IMG/VR virus record: IMGVR_UViG_3300023179_000021
Location: 64,001 to 128,000 of that record
Length of the DNA stretch: 64,000 nt
Origin: a virus
Reading direction: 5' to 3' (one strand)
Below are positions 28,281-37,749 of this stretch, piece after piece. The number at the start of each line of letters is the position of its first letter. Position 1 is the stretch's first letter. The position numbers were made by a program, and so were the translations under genes. Under the pieces are notes generated by a model. It searched no databases. It saw nothing but the letters and a program-made list of their open reading frames with translations, and was not told the origin of the DNA.

Positions 28281-29336
28281 ATGGGCATACTTGAAAAACT
28301 GAAAAAGAATTCAACCATTAAAGAAACGGCCATTCTTTCTAAGTCAAAGTTTTTTAATGAGAAAGATGTAATTAGTACATTTGTGCCAATGATTAATGTT
28401 GCCTTTTCTGGTCGCCTCGATGGCGGTTTTACACCTGGCTTGACAATGTGGGCAGGTCCATCAAAACACTTTAAAACAGCATTTAGTTTATTGATGGCTA
28501 AAGCCTACATGGACAAATACCCTGAGGCTGCCCTTTTGTTTTATGATTCAGAATTCGGCACACCAATTAAATATTTTGAAACATTTAATATTGATATGGA
28601 CCGTGTCATTCACACACCATTGACTGACATTGAACAATTAAAATTTGATATTATGCAACAACTTCAGGAAATTTCTCGTGGGGATAAGCTAGTGATTGTT
28701 CTAGATTCTATAGGGAACTTAGCATCCAAAAAAGAAGTTGAAGATGCGCTTGAAGGTAAATCGGTCGCTGACATGAGCCGTGCAAAACAGGTGAAAAGTT
28801 TGTTTCGTATGGTGACACCACACCTTACAATGAAAGATATTCCAATGGTCGTTGTCAATCATACTTACAAAGAAATCGGCATGTTTCCAAAAGATATTGT
28901 AGGTGGCGGCACTGGTTCGTATTATTCAGCCGACAATATTTATATTCTTGGCCGTCAACAAGAAAAAGATGGCACTGAAATTGTTGGTTACAACTTTATT
29001 ATCAATGTGGAGAAATCAAGATATGTCAAAGAAAAATCTAAAATACCTGTTAATGTATCTTTTGATGGTGGGATTAACAAGTGGTCTGGTTTACTTGACA
29101 TTGCACTTGAATCCGGGCATGTGGTCAAACCATCAAATGGTTGGTATGCAAAAGTAAATCAAGAAACTGCCGAAATTGGTGGAAAAGTTCGTTATAATGA
29201 TACACAAACTGCCGATTTTTGGTCTGATATTTTGACCAGTTATTCTTTCCAAGAGTTTGTAAGGAAGAAATATGAAATCACTTATGGCAATATTATGGGA
29301 CAAACTGGGGTGGTGGAAGAAGCCGAGGATGCTTGA
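28281..29336 (+). CDS. uvsX: RecA-like recombinase UvsX
   Basis: GPSKHFKT, YDSEFG and DSIGNLASKKE motifs; GGAG RBS before ATG 28281. Confidence 0.95.
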   Translation: MGILEKLKKNSTIKETAILSKSKFFNEKDVISTFVPMINVAFSGRLDGGFTPGLTMWAGPSKHFKTAFSLLMAKAYMDKYPEAALLFYDSEFGTPIKYFETFNIDMDRVIHTPLTDIEQLKFDIMQQLQEISRGDKLVIVLDSIGNLASKKEVEDALEGKSVADMSRAKQVKSLFRMVTPHLTMKDIPMVVVNHTYKEIGMFPKDIVGGGTGSYYSADNIYILGRQQEKDGTEIVGYNFIINVEKSRYVKEKSKIPVNVSFDGGINKWSGLLDIALESGHVVKPSNGWYAKVNQETAEIGGKVRYNDTQTADFWSDILTSYSFQEFVRKKYEITYGNIMGQTGVVEEAEDA

Positions 29337-29640
29337 AGAAAACAAAGACTTTCACTATATAAACTTCAATAACACTGACGTAACAGGTATTGAATTGTTA
29401 ATGTCGGAGTTTCGCGGTGTTATTTATCATTATGATAAAGCCAGTGTTACTGAAGAAGGTGAAATTGCTCGTTTGAAATTCGGTTATACTGTGGTTCATC
29501 CAGGTGAACATGACATAGATGACTTGAATTCTAACGAAAAATTTCATACAATAATGGGTGACCTGTTGACCCAAATTTTAATGGCTAAAATAGAAGATGA
29601 GACTAGAGACCAGTATTCTAAAAAATTTAATATTCAATGA
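29329..29640 (+). CDS. Hypothetical protein at the gp40 position
   Basis: Between uvsX and gp41; ATG at 29329. Confidence 0.55.
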   Translation: MLEENKDFHYINFNNTDVTGIELLMSEFRGVIYHYDKASVTEEGEIARLKFGYTVVHPGEHDIDDLNSNEKFHTIMGDLLTQILMAKIEDETRDQYSKKFNIQ

Positions 29641-30991
29641 GGAATTTACTCGTAAAGTATTGCCATTTATTCAATCAGAATATTTCGCCGACAACAAAGA
29701 TAAAACACTTTTTAACTTTGTTTCACAATTTGTCAATAAATATAAAACATTGCCAACTTATGAATCTCTTGTTATTGAATTAAATAACTCAAAAAAACTT
29801 ACCGATCAAGAATTAAAAAATACTTTAAATTTACTTGATGAAATAAATCAAAACAAAAGCGAGCCTACAGAGTTACAGTGGTTAATTGAACAAACCGAAA
29901 AGTTTTGCCAAGACAAGGCGATTTATAATGCCATTATGGAATCGGTAACAATACTTGATTCTAAAAACACAAACAAGGACAAGGGTGAAATCCCTAAGTT
30001 ATTATCAAATGCGCTTGGTGTTTCTTTTGATTCTCATATTGGCCACGATTATATTAATGACTACGATTCCCGTTTCGAATTTTACCACCGACAAGAAACT
30101 AGAATATCATTTGATTTAGACCTTTTTAATACAATCACCAAAGGTGGTCTACCAAATAAAACACTCAATATTTGTCTTGCTGGGACCGGCGTTGGCAAAT
30201 CAATGTTTATGTGTCATGTGGCTGCATCTTGTTTATCTCAGGGCTTGAATGTTCTTTATATTACACTTGAGATGGCCGAAGAAAGAATCGCCGAGCGTAT
30301 TGATGCCAATCTTTTAAATGTATCAATGAACGATCTACATTCTATGACAAAATTGGAGTATGATCGTAAGTTTCAATCATTGCGAAATAAAACACAAGGC
30401 AAACTTATCATCAAAGAATATCCAACGGCGGCAGCCAATGCACTACACTTTCGTTCGTTGCTAAATGAATTGCACCTTAAAAAGAATTTCGTGCCGCAAA
30501 TTATCTTTATTGATTATCTGAATATCTGTTCTTCGGCTCGCATTAAACCTGGTGCCAATGTTAATTCTTATTCTTATATCAAGGCGATTGCAGAAGAACT
30601 CCGTGGTCTTGCTGTTGAATTTAATTTACCTATTGTTTCAGCGACACAAACAACAAGGTCGGGCTATACAAACACTGACATTGGTCTTGAAGATACTTCC
30701 GAATCTTTTGGTCTGCCTGCAACCGCTGATTTTATGTTTGCTCTAATTTCAACAGAAGAATTAGAACAATTAAATCAAATCATGGTCAAACAATTAAAGA
30801 ATCGATATGCTGATCCAAATTTTAATAAAAGGTTTGTAATCGGCGTTGATCGTTCGAAGATGAAGTTGTATGATGTTGAACAATTGGCACAAACTGGTAT
30901 TGTAGATTCTGGCCAAGATGATCCGCCGCTAAATACTTTTGGAAACCGTGAAAGTAAATTCAATCGTAAGTTTGAAGGCTTTAAAGTATGA
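29597..30991 (+). CDS. gp41: Replicative helicase gp41
   Basis: AGTGVGKS, IFIDYL, SATQTTR, SESFGLPATAD and KQLKNRY motifs. Confidence 0.97.
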   Translation: MRLETSILKNLIFNEEFTRKVLPFIQSEYFADNKDKTLFNFVSQFVNKYKTLPTYESLVIELNNSKKLTDQELKNTLNLLDEINQNKSEPTELQWLIEQTEKFCQDKAIYNAIMESVTILDSKNTNKDKGEIPKLLSNALGVSFDSHIGHDYINDYDSRFEFYHRQETRISFDLDLFNTITKGGLPNKTLNICLAGTGVGKSMFMCHVAASCLSQGLNVLYITLEMAEERIAERIDANLLNVSMNDLHSMTKLEYDRKFQSLRNKTQGKLIIKEYPTAAANALHFRSLLNELHLKKNFVPQIIFIDYLNICSSARIKPGANVNSYSYIKAIAEELRGLAVEFNLPIVSATQTTRSGYTNTDIGLEDTSESFGLPATADFMFALISTEELEQLNQIMVKQLKNRYADPNFNKRFVIGVDRSKMKLYDVEQLAQTGIVDSGQDDPPLNTFGNRESKFNRKFEGFKV

Positions 30992-32103
30992 AACTGAATA
31001 AAGAACAGGCGCTTCATTGCGCTGAAGCCTTTTCTAATTATTTTGACCGATTTGGCCGTATTGATGATTACATTCGTGACCAGAAACTAAATTCATTATC
31101 TTCAAGGCCGACTACTCTACCTGGGATGGGACCCGAAGAAGATTTATTTTCTGATTTTACCATGCACCCAAACGACATGAATTTGGAGTTGGTCGAATTG
31201 CCTCAGGACAGTTGGGACATTTATTTAAATATGATTTCTTCTCATTCAAATATGACCAGTATTCCAGGCCGGTGTTTTCGTTTGGCTGTTCTCGAAAAGA
31301 ACACAAATAAATGGGTTGGTTTTATTCGCCTTGGTTCACCAGTTATCAACATGAAACCACGAAATGAACTTCTTGGTGGAGTATTTACACAAACAAAAGA
31401 ATCAGCCAGAGCCTTCAATCAAACAACTATCATGGGTTTCGTAATTGTGCCATCGCAGCCATTTGGTTATAATTATCTTGGTGGTAAATTATTGGCGGCC
31501 ATTTGTTGCTCTCATTGGGTTCGTGAGCAGTTGAACAAGAAGTATGATATGAATACTTGTATGTTTGAAACAACCAGTCTCTATGGTACATCGAAATCTT
31601 CATCGCAATATGACGGTATGAAGCCCTTTTTGAGGTTTAGTGGTCTTACCGACTCCGATTTTCTGCCAATGATGCACGGTAAACCTTATGAAGAACTCAA
31701 AGACTATGTTGAAAATGCTGTTGGTGTTATTGTGCCACCTGAAGCCTCTAGTCGTAAACTTAAAATTTCAAATAAAATTATCAGTATGACCAAAGTGGCT
31801 CTAAAAGGTGAACCAGAATACGGCAAATTTATAACAACGATTCAAAACGCATTGTCTTTGACTGAAAAGAAACGATATTATTATTCAAACTACGGCTTCT
31901 CCAACTTTACAGATGTGGTGATGGGCCGCGCAGATAAGTTGGTGCCAGACAAGGAGAATTATGATAAGTTTCGCCTCGACAACATTATTAACTGGTGGAA
32001 GAAAAAGGCTACAAATCGTTTTGAAAATCTAAAGGCTGAGAATAGACTCCGAACAGAAATAGAAGTTTGGACTGGTGAAAAAGAGCTTGACATTATTCGG
32101 TAA
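30988..32103 (+). CDS. DUF4338/DruA-like, Mom-related GNAT-fold protein, copy 2
   Basis: IVPSQPFGYNYLGGKLLAAIC and ETTSLYG...SQYDG motifs; ATGA overlap with the gp41 stop. Confidence 0.65.
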   Translation: MKLNKEQALHCAEAFSNYFDRFGRIDDYIRDQKLNSLSSRPTTLPGMGPEEDLFSDFTMHPNDMNLELVELPQDSWDIYLNMISSHSNMTSIPGRCFRLAVLEKNTNKWVGFIRLGSPVINMKPRNELLGGVFTQTKESARAFNQTTIMGFVIVPSQPFGYNYLGGKLLAAICCSHWVREQLNKKYDMNTCMFETTSLYGTSKSSSQYDGMKPFLRFSGLTDSDFLPMMHGKPYEELKDYVENAVGVIVPPEASSRKLKISNKIISMTKVALKGEPEYGKFITTIQNALSLTEKKRYYYSNYGFSNFTDVVMGRADKLVPDKENYDKFRLDNIINWWKKKATNRFENLKAENRLRTEIEVWTGEKELDIIR

Positions 32104-32112
32104 TTAAGGTAA

Positions 32113-32120
32113 TATAAATA
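32113..32120 (+). promoter_or_regulatory. T4-type late promoter TATAAATA
   Basis: Exact consensus; marks the switch from replication genes to late genes. Confidence 0.75.
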
Positions 32121-32130
32121 CTCCAAAACA

Positions 32131-33474
32131 ATGGAGTATCAGATGACCCCAGCAGACTTAAAGAAAGAAGCAGGTAAAGGACCGTATAAAGGAGTTCCAA
32201 GAACACAAATTTTCAAACTTAAAATAGAGGATGGAAAACCTTTTACTTTAAATAACGGTCAAAAAGTTCAAGGTACAAAATGGGATGAATCTAATTACAC
32301 ACTATATGTTGGTTCTCGTAAAATATCTCTAAAAGAAATAAAGAAAGATCCAGATTTTGGTGGAGGTGGTTCTGGTGCTGGTGCTGATGTTACTGCGATT
32401 GTAGAATGTGGCCAAGCTCTAGTTTGTTCATTAGTTTATAATGTAATGAGGCGTGAAATAAAATGGGAAAATTTAACAATGGAAGGATTACAAGAGGCTT
32501 TAAAATATTGTTATCTTTCTGACAGCCTTGATGCTATCATTGAAAGATCACCCGCCGAATGGGTACAGTCTTATGTTAAATCGGCGAATATTTTATATAG
32601 AAATTATAAGATGATGGGTTCACCTGTGTATTTTCATCGTGGTTCTAAGTTTATGGATGAGATTTATGCTAGTAAGAAAATTGTTTATGATGCTGATAAG
32701 AAGTCTGATAATCCGCAAGCACCAGGCTCATTCTCTGACGATAAATGGAACCCAGGCGATATATGGATGACAACATTGAAACAAGTTCCATCAATTAGTA
32801 GTGATTCTTGGTCAAATTTAAATAAAGACATTTATGATTTAGCTCGTGCTAAAAAACTAATAGGTGTTTCATTGAAGAAGGTTGGAGCTACGGCACATAT
32901 TGAAGAGTATAATGCTCTAAGTACGAAACAAACTAAAGATTATAATTATGGTGGTTTCCGTGTTTCGTCGGCATCGGAACGAGGTCCTTTACCTCCATTT
33001 TTTAATTCAATTGATTTGTACATGAAAGTTGGTGAAAAAGAAATTCAGTTTAGAGCCACATCAGGTTCTGCTGGCTGGCAAGGCGAGATAAAGGGTGCCA
33101 CTGCTGCAGGTGGTAAAATTGGTGGAGGTAATGTGAACTTCTTTTTGAAAAAGTATACTGGTCGTGGTGTTTTCAATAAAGAAGAAAAAGAAGTCATAGA
33201 TTTCACAAAGTCTAAAGATTTTTTTCCAGAATTTTACGAGCTCTATAAAAAACATTTTGATGGTAAAATTTTACCTTATGAAGATTTTGTGATTAATGCT
33301 AACAAGAAACAAAAGGAATCGGCTGGTTATCTCTTCTCTAAATATATCAACATGAAATTTATTGATATATTTTTAAGTGCAAACGCTCAAACTAGAAACA
33401 AAATTGCAACTGAATTTTTAAGATATGCAGCTTCAAACATAGATCAAAGTTCCTTTTTTGTAAAGATATCCTAA
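32131..33474 (+). CDS. Putative PD-(D/E)xK nuclease-fold protein
   Basis: AIVE...DKWNPGDIW...IGVSLKK pattern. Confidence 0.5.
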   Translation: MEYQMTPADLKKEAGKGPYKGVPRTQIFKLKIEDGKPFTLNNGQKVQGTKWDESNYTLYVGSRKISLKEIKKDPDFGGGGSGAGADVTAIVECGQALVCSLVYNVMRREIKWENLTMEGLQEALKYCYLSDSLDAIIERSPAEWVQSYVKSANILYRNYKMMGSPVYFHRGSKFMDEIYASKKIVYDADKKSDNPQAPGSFSDDKWNPGDIWMTTLKQVPSISSDSWSNLNKDIYDLARAKKLIGVSLKKVGATAHIEEYNALSTKQTKDYNYGGFRVSSASERGPLPPFFNSIDLYMKVGEKEIQFRATSGSAGWQGEIKGATAAGGKIGGGNVNFFLKKYTGRGVFNKEEKEVIDFTKSKDFFPEFYELYKKHFDGKILPYEDFVINANKKQKESAGYLFSKYINMKFIDIFLSANAQTRNKIATEFLRYAASNIDQSSFFVKIS

Positions 33475-33971
33475 TGTACTTCAAAGAATTTTTAAACGAA
33501 GCAAAAGAGGGTGCTAATTTACATTTAGAACATTTAGAAGATAATGTGCTTAATCGTGGTACAAATGGTGCTCGTGAAGCTATTAATTTTCTTCGTTCGC
33601 TTCGTGACATGTTGGCCGGCCATGCACAATCAAAAACAAATGTTACCACAAAATGGGACGGTTGTATTAGAGAAGATACTATTTTAAAAACAAACTATGG
33701 TGAAATGACAATAAAAGAATTACATGAAAAATTTCTATCTTTAGAAAATGTTAAAATTATGGCTAAAGATTTAAAATCAGAAATACCGATTGATAAAATG
33801 GTTTCTGTTTTAAATACTTATTGTAACGATGGAAATAAATCGTGGGTTGAAATAGAAGTAGAAAATGGAAGTAGCATATTTGTAACAGAAGATCATAAAA
33901 TACATACAACGAATAGAGGTTGGATTGAAGCTGTAAAATTGAATGTGGGTGATGATATAACCGAACTATAA
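33474..33971 (+). CDS. N-half of a fractured ligase-fold (DUF6267-like) protein: 63-aa N-extein + 102-aa IntN
   Basis: HLEHLED...TTKWDG followed by CIREDT (intein block A, Cys1 at 33663) and VTEDHKI (block B TxxH). Confidence 0.9.
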   Translation: MYFKEFLNEAKEGANLHLEHLEDNVLNRGTNGAREAINFLRSLRDMLAGHAQSKTNVTTKWDGCIREDTILKTNYGEMTIKELHEKFLSLENVKIMAKDLKSEIPIDKMVSVLNTYCNDGNKSWVEIEVENGSSIFVTEDHKIHTTNRGWIEAVKLNVGDDITEL

Positions 33972-33992
33972 AATTAGACGGTATTCATCTCA

Positions 33993-34033
33993 ATTTTTCT
34001 TTTTTTATAAATAAAATAAAGGAGAAAAATATG
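33993..34033 (+). promoter_or_regulatory. Late promoter embedded in an RBS-sequestering hairpin
   Basis: ATTTTTCTTTTTT can pair with AAAGGAGAAAAAT; TATAAATA at 34006-34013 lies between the arms. Confidence 0.75.
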
Positions 34034-34687
34034 AAAATTAATGTAATTACGGAAGAAATTAGGAACCTAATTATAGAAACTTATAAACAAGAATATTCTG
34101 TTTCTAAAGTTATGGAAAAGTGTCCGAAAGGAATAGGGCGAAAAAGAGTTGAAAAAATATTAAAAGATGTTAATGTTTATGAGGGATTAAACGGTAAAAA
34201 TTATTTAAAGAAAAAAGTTGAAAATCATGAAAAATTAATGATGGAAAAATATGGCGTTATTAATTGGGGACAAACGAAAAACGGTGGTTACAGAAGTCAA
34301 AACAAAATACCATATAAAAAAATAAGTTTTTTAACCGATGACTATAAAAAATATAGACTTTTAGTGGAAAAAGAAACTGAAAAAAATATAAAAAAGTTTT
34401 TTAAAACATATCCAAAATATTGTTATTATACAAAAATTTTATTTGCCGATGAAGAGGGTCCTGTGAATCCAAATGATCCTAGAAAAAGAAGTGTGGATCA
34501 TAAAGTGCCAGTTTTACATTGTTATTTAAATAATATTGATGTGGAAAAAGCTTCTAGTATTGACAATATTATTTTTGTTTTGCGTTATGTAAATGCTGTA
34601 AAAGGACAAACTTTAGAGGAATCTTTTCTACCAATCGTGGAAAAAATAAGAAAGGTTTTTATAAATGAAGGTTTTAAAAGTAAATAG
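34031..34687 (+). mobile_element. Free-standing HNH homing endonuclease between the split intein halves
   Basis: SVDHKVP...NIIFVLRYVNAVKG (HNN-type motif), MEKYGV motif; very AT-rich. Confidence 0.8.
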
Positions 34688-35819
34688 ATTAAGTGAAAAA
34701 TATAAACAATATGATTTATCTACAGAAACAGAAAATTTCTTTGTGAAACTCGGAGAAGTTTGGGGGTTAATTCATAATTCACCCGCTGTGATTTGTGGTA
34801 TTAATCCAGACAATGGTAAATTCTTCGTTGGCACCAAATCAGTATTCAATAAAGAGGGTAAACTAAATTATACCGACGCTGATATTGATAAGAACCATCC
34901 TGGTGAAGGCCTCAATGATAAGCTGAAGATAGCACTTGCATATTTACCAAAACTAGGCATCAAAGGTATCATTCAAGGTGACATGATGTTTACAAAAGGT
35001 GATATAAAGAAACAAACAATCGACGGTCAATCCTATGCTACCTTTCAACCAAATACGATTGTTTATGCCGTACCTTCTGATTCTGTTATGGCACAAAAGA
35101 TGATGGCTGCACAACTTGGTATTGTTTTTCATACCACATACAATGGCCGTTCAATGAAAACCCTTAAGGCCTCATTTAACATTGATATTGGACATCTCAC
35201 GCCAACCAAAGATGTATGGTTTCGTGATGCTTCTTTTGTTGATGCTTCAGGTACAGCAACATTTACTGAACAAGAAACAAAGAAATTATCTGATGTTCTT
35301 TCCAATGCCGGCCGAGTGTTTCAGTCTATTAATTCATCGGTACTTAATCGCATATCAACTAACGAAACTTTTAACCTTTATATCAAAACATTCAATAATA
35401 CCAAAGTTCGTTCTGGTGAACCAATTAAGAATACCCAACAACACACTACACAACTGATAAAATGGATTGAAGATAAACTGAATAAAGAAATATTGGCGGC
35501 CAAGAAAGAAGACACTAAGAAAAAACGAATCGGTGAAAAAAATGAGGTCATGCGTTTCTTTCGAGGCAATGCTATACAACTAAAAAGTATATTTGACCTA
35601 ATGAATCTAATTGTTGATGCAAAAGTTATGATTGTTCGTAAATTAGAAACAATTAAATCTTCAATTGATACATTTGTTGTAACACCAGATGGTTTTAAGG
35701 TAACTGGTCCCGAAGGGTTTGTTTGCGTGGATAGAATTTCTGGTGGTGCATTGAAGTTGATTGACCGTATGGAGTTCAGTAAAAACAATTTCAATGCTGC
35801 TAAGGCATGGAGTAAATAA
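34665..35819 (+). CDS. C-half of the fractured protein: 38-aa IntC + 346-aa C-extein
   Basis: QYDLSTETENFF (block F), LIHN|S (block G; Asn 34776-34778, Ser+1 34779); extein SPAVICG, QGDMMF, EGFV and LKLIDR. Confidence 0.9.
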   Translation: MKVLKVNRLSEKYKQYDLSTETENFFVKLGEVWGLIHNSPAVICGINPDNGKFFVGTKSVFNKEGKLNYTDADIDKNHPGEGLNDKLKIALAYLPKLGIKGIIQGDMMFTKGDIKKQTIDGQSYATFQPNTIVYAVPSDSVMAQKMMAAQLGIVFHTTYNGRSMKTLKASFNIDIGHLTPTKDVWFRDASFVDASGTATFTEQETKKLSDVLSNAGRVFQSINSSVLNRISTNETFNLYIKTFNNTKVRSGEPIKNTQQHTTQLIKWIEDKLNKEILAAKKEDTKKKRIGEKNEVMRFFRGNAIQLKSIFDLMNLIVDAKVMIVRKLETIKSSIDTFVVTPDGFKVTGPEGFVCVDRISGGALKLIDRMEFSKNNFNAAKAWSK

Positions 35820-36101
35820 ATGGCCACAAAGAAATATGACCTAACACAAATTATGGCAGAATTTGATGATGATGATTTTGGATTTAGCACCCTTGATGAA
35901 TCAGAATATGAGGCAGTGATTGCTGAGAAGGATGAAACAGTTGAAGAATACAAACAAAGATTAGAACAAGTTGAAAAGATTATATTGCCATTTCTAAACA
36001 AATTACTTAAAACTGCCGATCAAGCCGTCATTAAATGGCCCAATCGTAAACCTGTGATTGAAGCACAAATACAAAAAATTCTCAATCTAACCAGAGAATA
36101 A
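35820..36101 (+). CDS. Conserved phage hypothetical protein
   Basis: DDFGFS...IILPFLNKL...IKWPNR. Confidence 0.6.
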   Translation: MATKKYDLTQIMAEFDDDDFGFSTLDESEYEAVIAEKDETVEEYKQRLEQVEKIILPFLNKLLKTADQAVIKWPNRKPVIEAQIQKILNLTRE

Positions 36102-36102
36102 T

Positions 36103-36423
36103 ATGATACAAATTACCGAAAAAGCTTTTAAACAAATCCATGAAATTATGATTGAAGAAGATACCAATGAGGCACTAAGAGTGTTTGTTCAAGGTGGTGG
36201 TTGTTCTGGTTTTCAATATGGGTTTACATTTGATGAAAACCAAGCTGATGATGATTTTGTTATTGAACAGGATGGTGTTAGAGTTCTTGTTGATGCGGCT
36301 TCAATGACATATCTTAGTGGTGCAGAAATTGATTATAAGAAAGATTTAACTTCGGCACAATTCGTTATTAAAAACCCCAACGCAACTAATACTTGTGGTT
36401 GCGGTTCTTCTTTTGCAGCATAA
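36103..36423 (+). CDS. erpA: A-type Fe-S carrier ErpA/IscA
   Basis: [17 protein letters not shown] and [12 protein letters not shown] motifs. Confidence 0.9.
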   Translation: MIQITEKAFKQIHEIMIEEDTNEALRVFVQGGGCSGFQYGFTFDENQADDDFVIEQDGVRVLVDAASMTYLSGAEIDYKKDLTSAQFVIKNPNATNTCGCGSSFAA

Positions 36424-36424
36424 T

Positions 36425-36814
36425 ATGGCATACTCAGAAAAAGTTTTAGATCATTATGAAAATCCTCGTAATGTGGGATCATTTGCTAAAGAAATAAAAC
36501 GTATTGGCACAGGTATGGTTGGTGCTCCAGCCTGTGGTGATGTGATGAAACTACAAATACAGGTAAATGATGATGGTATCATTACGGATGCTAAATTTAA
36601 AACATATGGATGTGGTTCAGCGATTGCGTCTAGTTCGCTCGTTACGGAATGGGTCAAAGGTAAAACTCTCGACGAGGCCTGCACTATTCGCAATACTCAA
36701 ATTGCAGAAGAACTTGCGCTACCACCCGTTAAGATACACTGCTCCATATTGGCAGAGGATGCGATCAAAGCCGCAATAAAAGATTTTCGTGATAAACATG
36801 AAGGAACAACATGA
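36425..36814 (+). CDS. iscU: Fe-S scaffold IscU
   Basis: MAYSEKVLDHYENPRNVG, GAPACGD, GCGSAIASSS and LPPVKIHCS motifs. Confidence 0.95.
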   Translation: MAYSEKVLDHYENPRNVGSFAKEIKRIGTGMVGAPACGDVMKLQIQVNDDGIITDAKFKTYGCGSAIASSSLVTEWVKGKTLDEACTIRNTQIAEELALPPVKIHCSILAEDAIKAAIKDFRDKHEGTT

Positions 36815-37464
36815 GTTTTTTAGTAGCCAATATTCCACCAGTCCATTGTTATATTCGCCGTGAATTTTTATATGATTTTGAAAAAGGATATGGTGAGTTT
36901 GAACCTTGTATTTGGGTAACCGTTAAATCGATCCGTGGCCAGGCATTTAGAATTGAATCATATTTACCTAATTATGGCGCACTTTATGATAAACTTCCAA
37001 TAAATGCATTTGTATCGAGAACAGAAAAACTTGAGCCATACTTAGAATTAGATACCCTACAAATTTGGGATTGTTTTTCAAATGAAATAACAGTGTTACA
37101 AAAATCATTTCTAAAAAATCTGTCATGTAAATTCTATGCTAAAGACAAGAATTTTTATAACGGCGATTACATGTTTACTGTTGATAATGGTTTTTCTGAT
37201 CCAAATACTATCGACACAACTTATGCAGAATGGCCCGAAGACCATAAATCATTTAATTTCATACAATTAGAAAACGGCCAGTATGCAGCACAGCCAAATA
37301 ATCGTTGTATATTTTTAGATGCTGCATCAAATCCAAAACAATTAAAATTTCCAGATTTCAAAGTATGCACTAAATTGTATCGTGTAGAAACTAACCCTAA
37401 ATGGGCCCTTGGTGATGCTAATACGGTAATGTACGAAAAGGACGAAAATGTTAAAACAAGTTAA
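36811..37464 (+). CDS. Conserved phage hypothetical protein
   Basis: GALYDKLPI, LQIWDCFS, EDHKSFN and GQYAAQPNNR. Confidence 0.65.
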   Translation: MSFLVANIPPVHCYIRREFLYDFEKGYGEFEPCIWVTVKSIRGQAFRIESYLPNYGALYDKLPINAFVSRTEKLEPYLELDTLQIWDCFSNEITVLQKSFLKNLSCKFYAKDKNFYNGDYMFTVDNGFSDPNTIDTTYAEWPEDHKSFNFIQLENGQYAAQPNNRCIFLDAASNPKQLKFPDFKVCTKLYRVETNPKWALGDANTVMYEKDENVKTS

Positions 37465-37735
37465 CGGCAAGTGGGCTCTGGTTTCTAGAAAAACACAGAG
37501 GCCATTGGCATATTACAAGGGCCAAGGTAAACCGCCCGATACTTGGGTGGCCAAACAAGAGCGCCGTATTCAATTTTTTAAACATGGGTTTGGTGAGGCT
37601 GTTACAAGTCCGGATATTTTACCTAAGTCTGGTGGTGGAAACGATGGAACCACAGAACTGGTAAAGACATATATGAAAGATACACCAGGCCAGAACCTTA
37701 AGAAATTCAAAGCCTATATAAAAAGTAAATATTAA
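37448..37735 (+). CDS. Small basic hypothetical protein
   Basis: ERRIQFFKH...GTTELVKTYMKDTPGQ. Confidence 0.55.
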   Translation: MLKQVNGKWALVSRKTQRPLAYYKGQGKPPDTWVAKQERRIQFFKHGFGEAVTSPDILPKSGGGNDGTTELVKTYMKDTPGQNLKKFKAYIKSKY

Positions 37736-37749
37736 TTTTTGGAGTTATT

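Noticed and set aside
33972-34664. Group I intron interrupting the fractured gene
   Set aside because: The non-coding gap is only about 60 nt with no room for a ribozyme core, and the IntN/IntC motifs explain the interruption.
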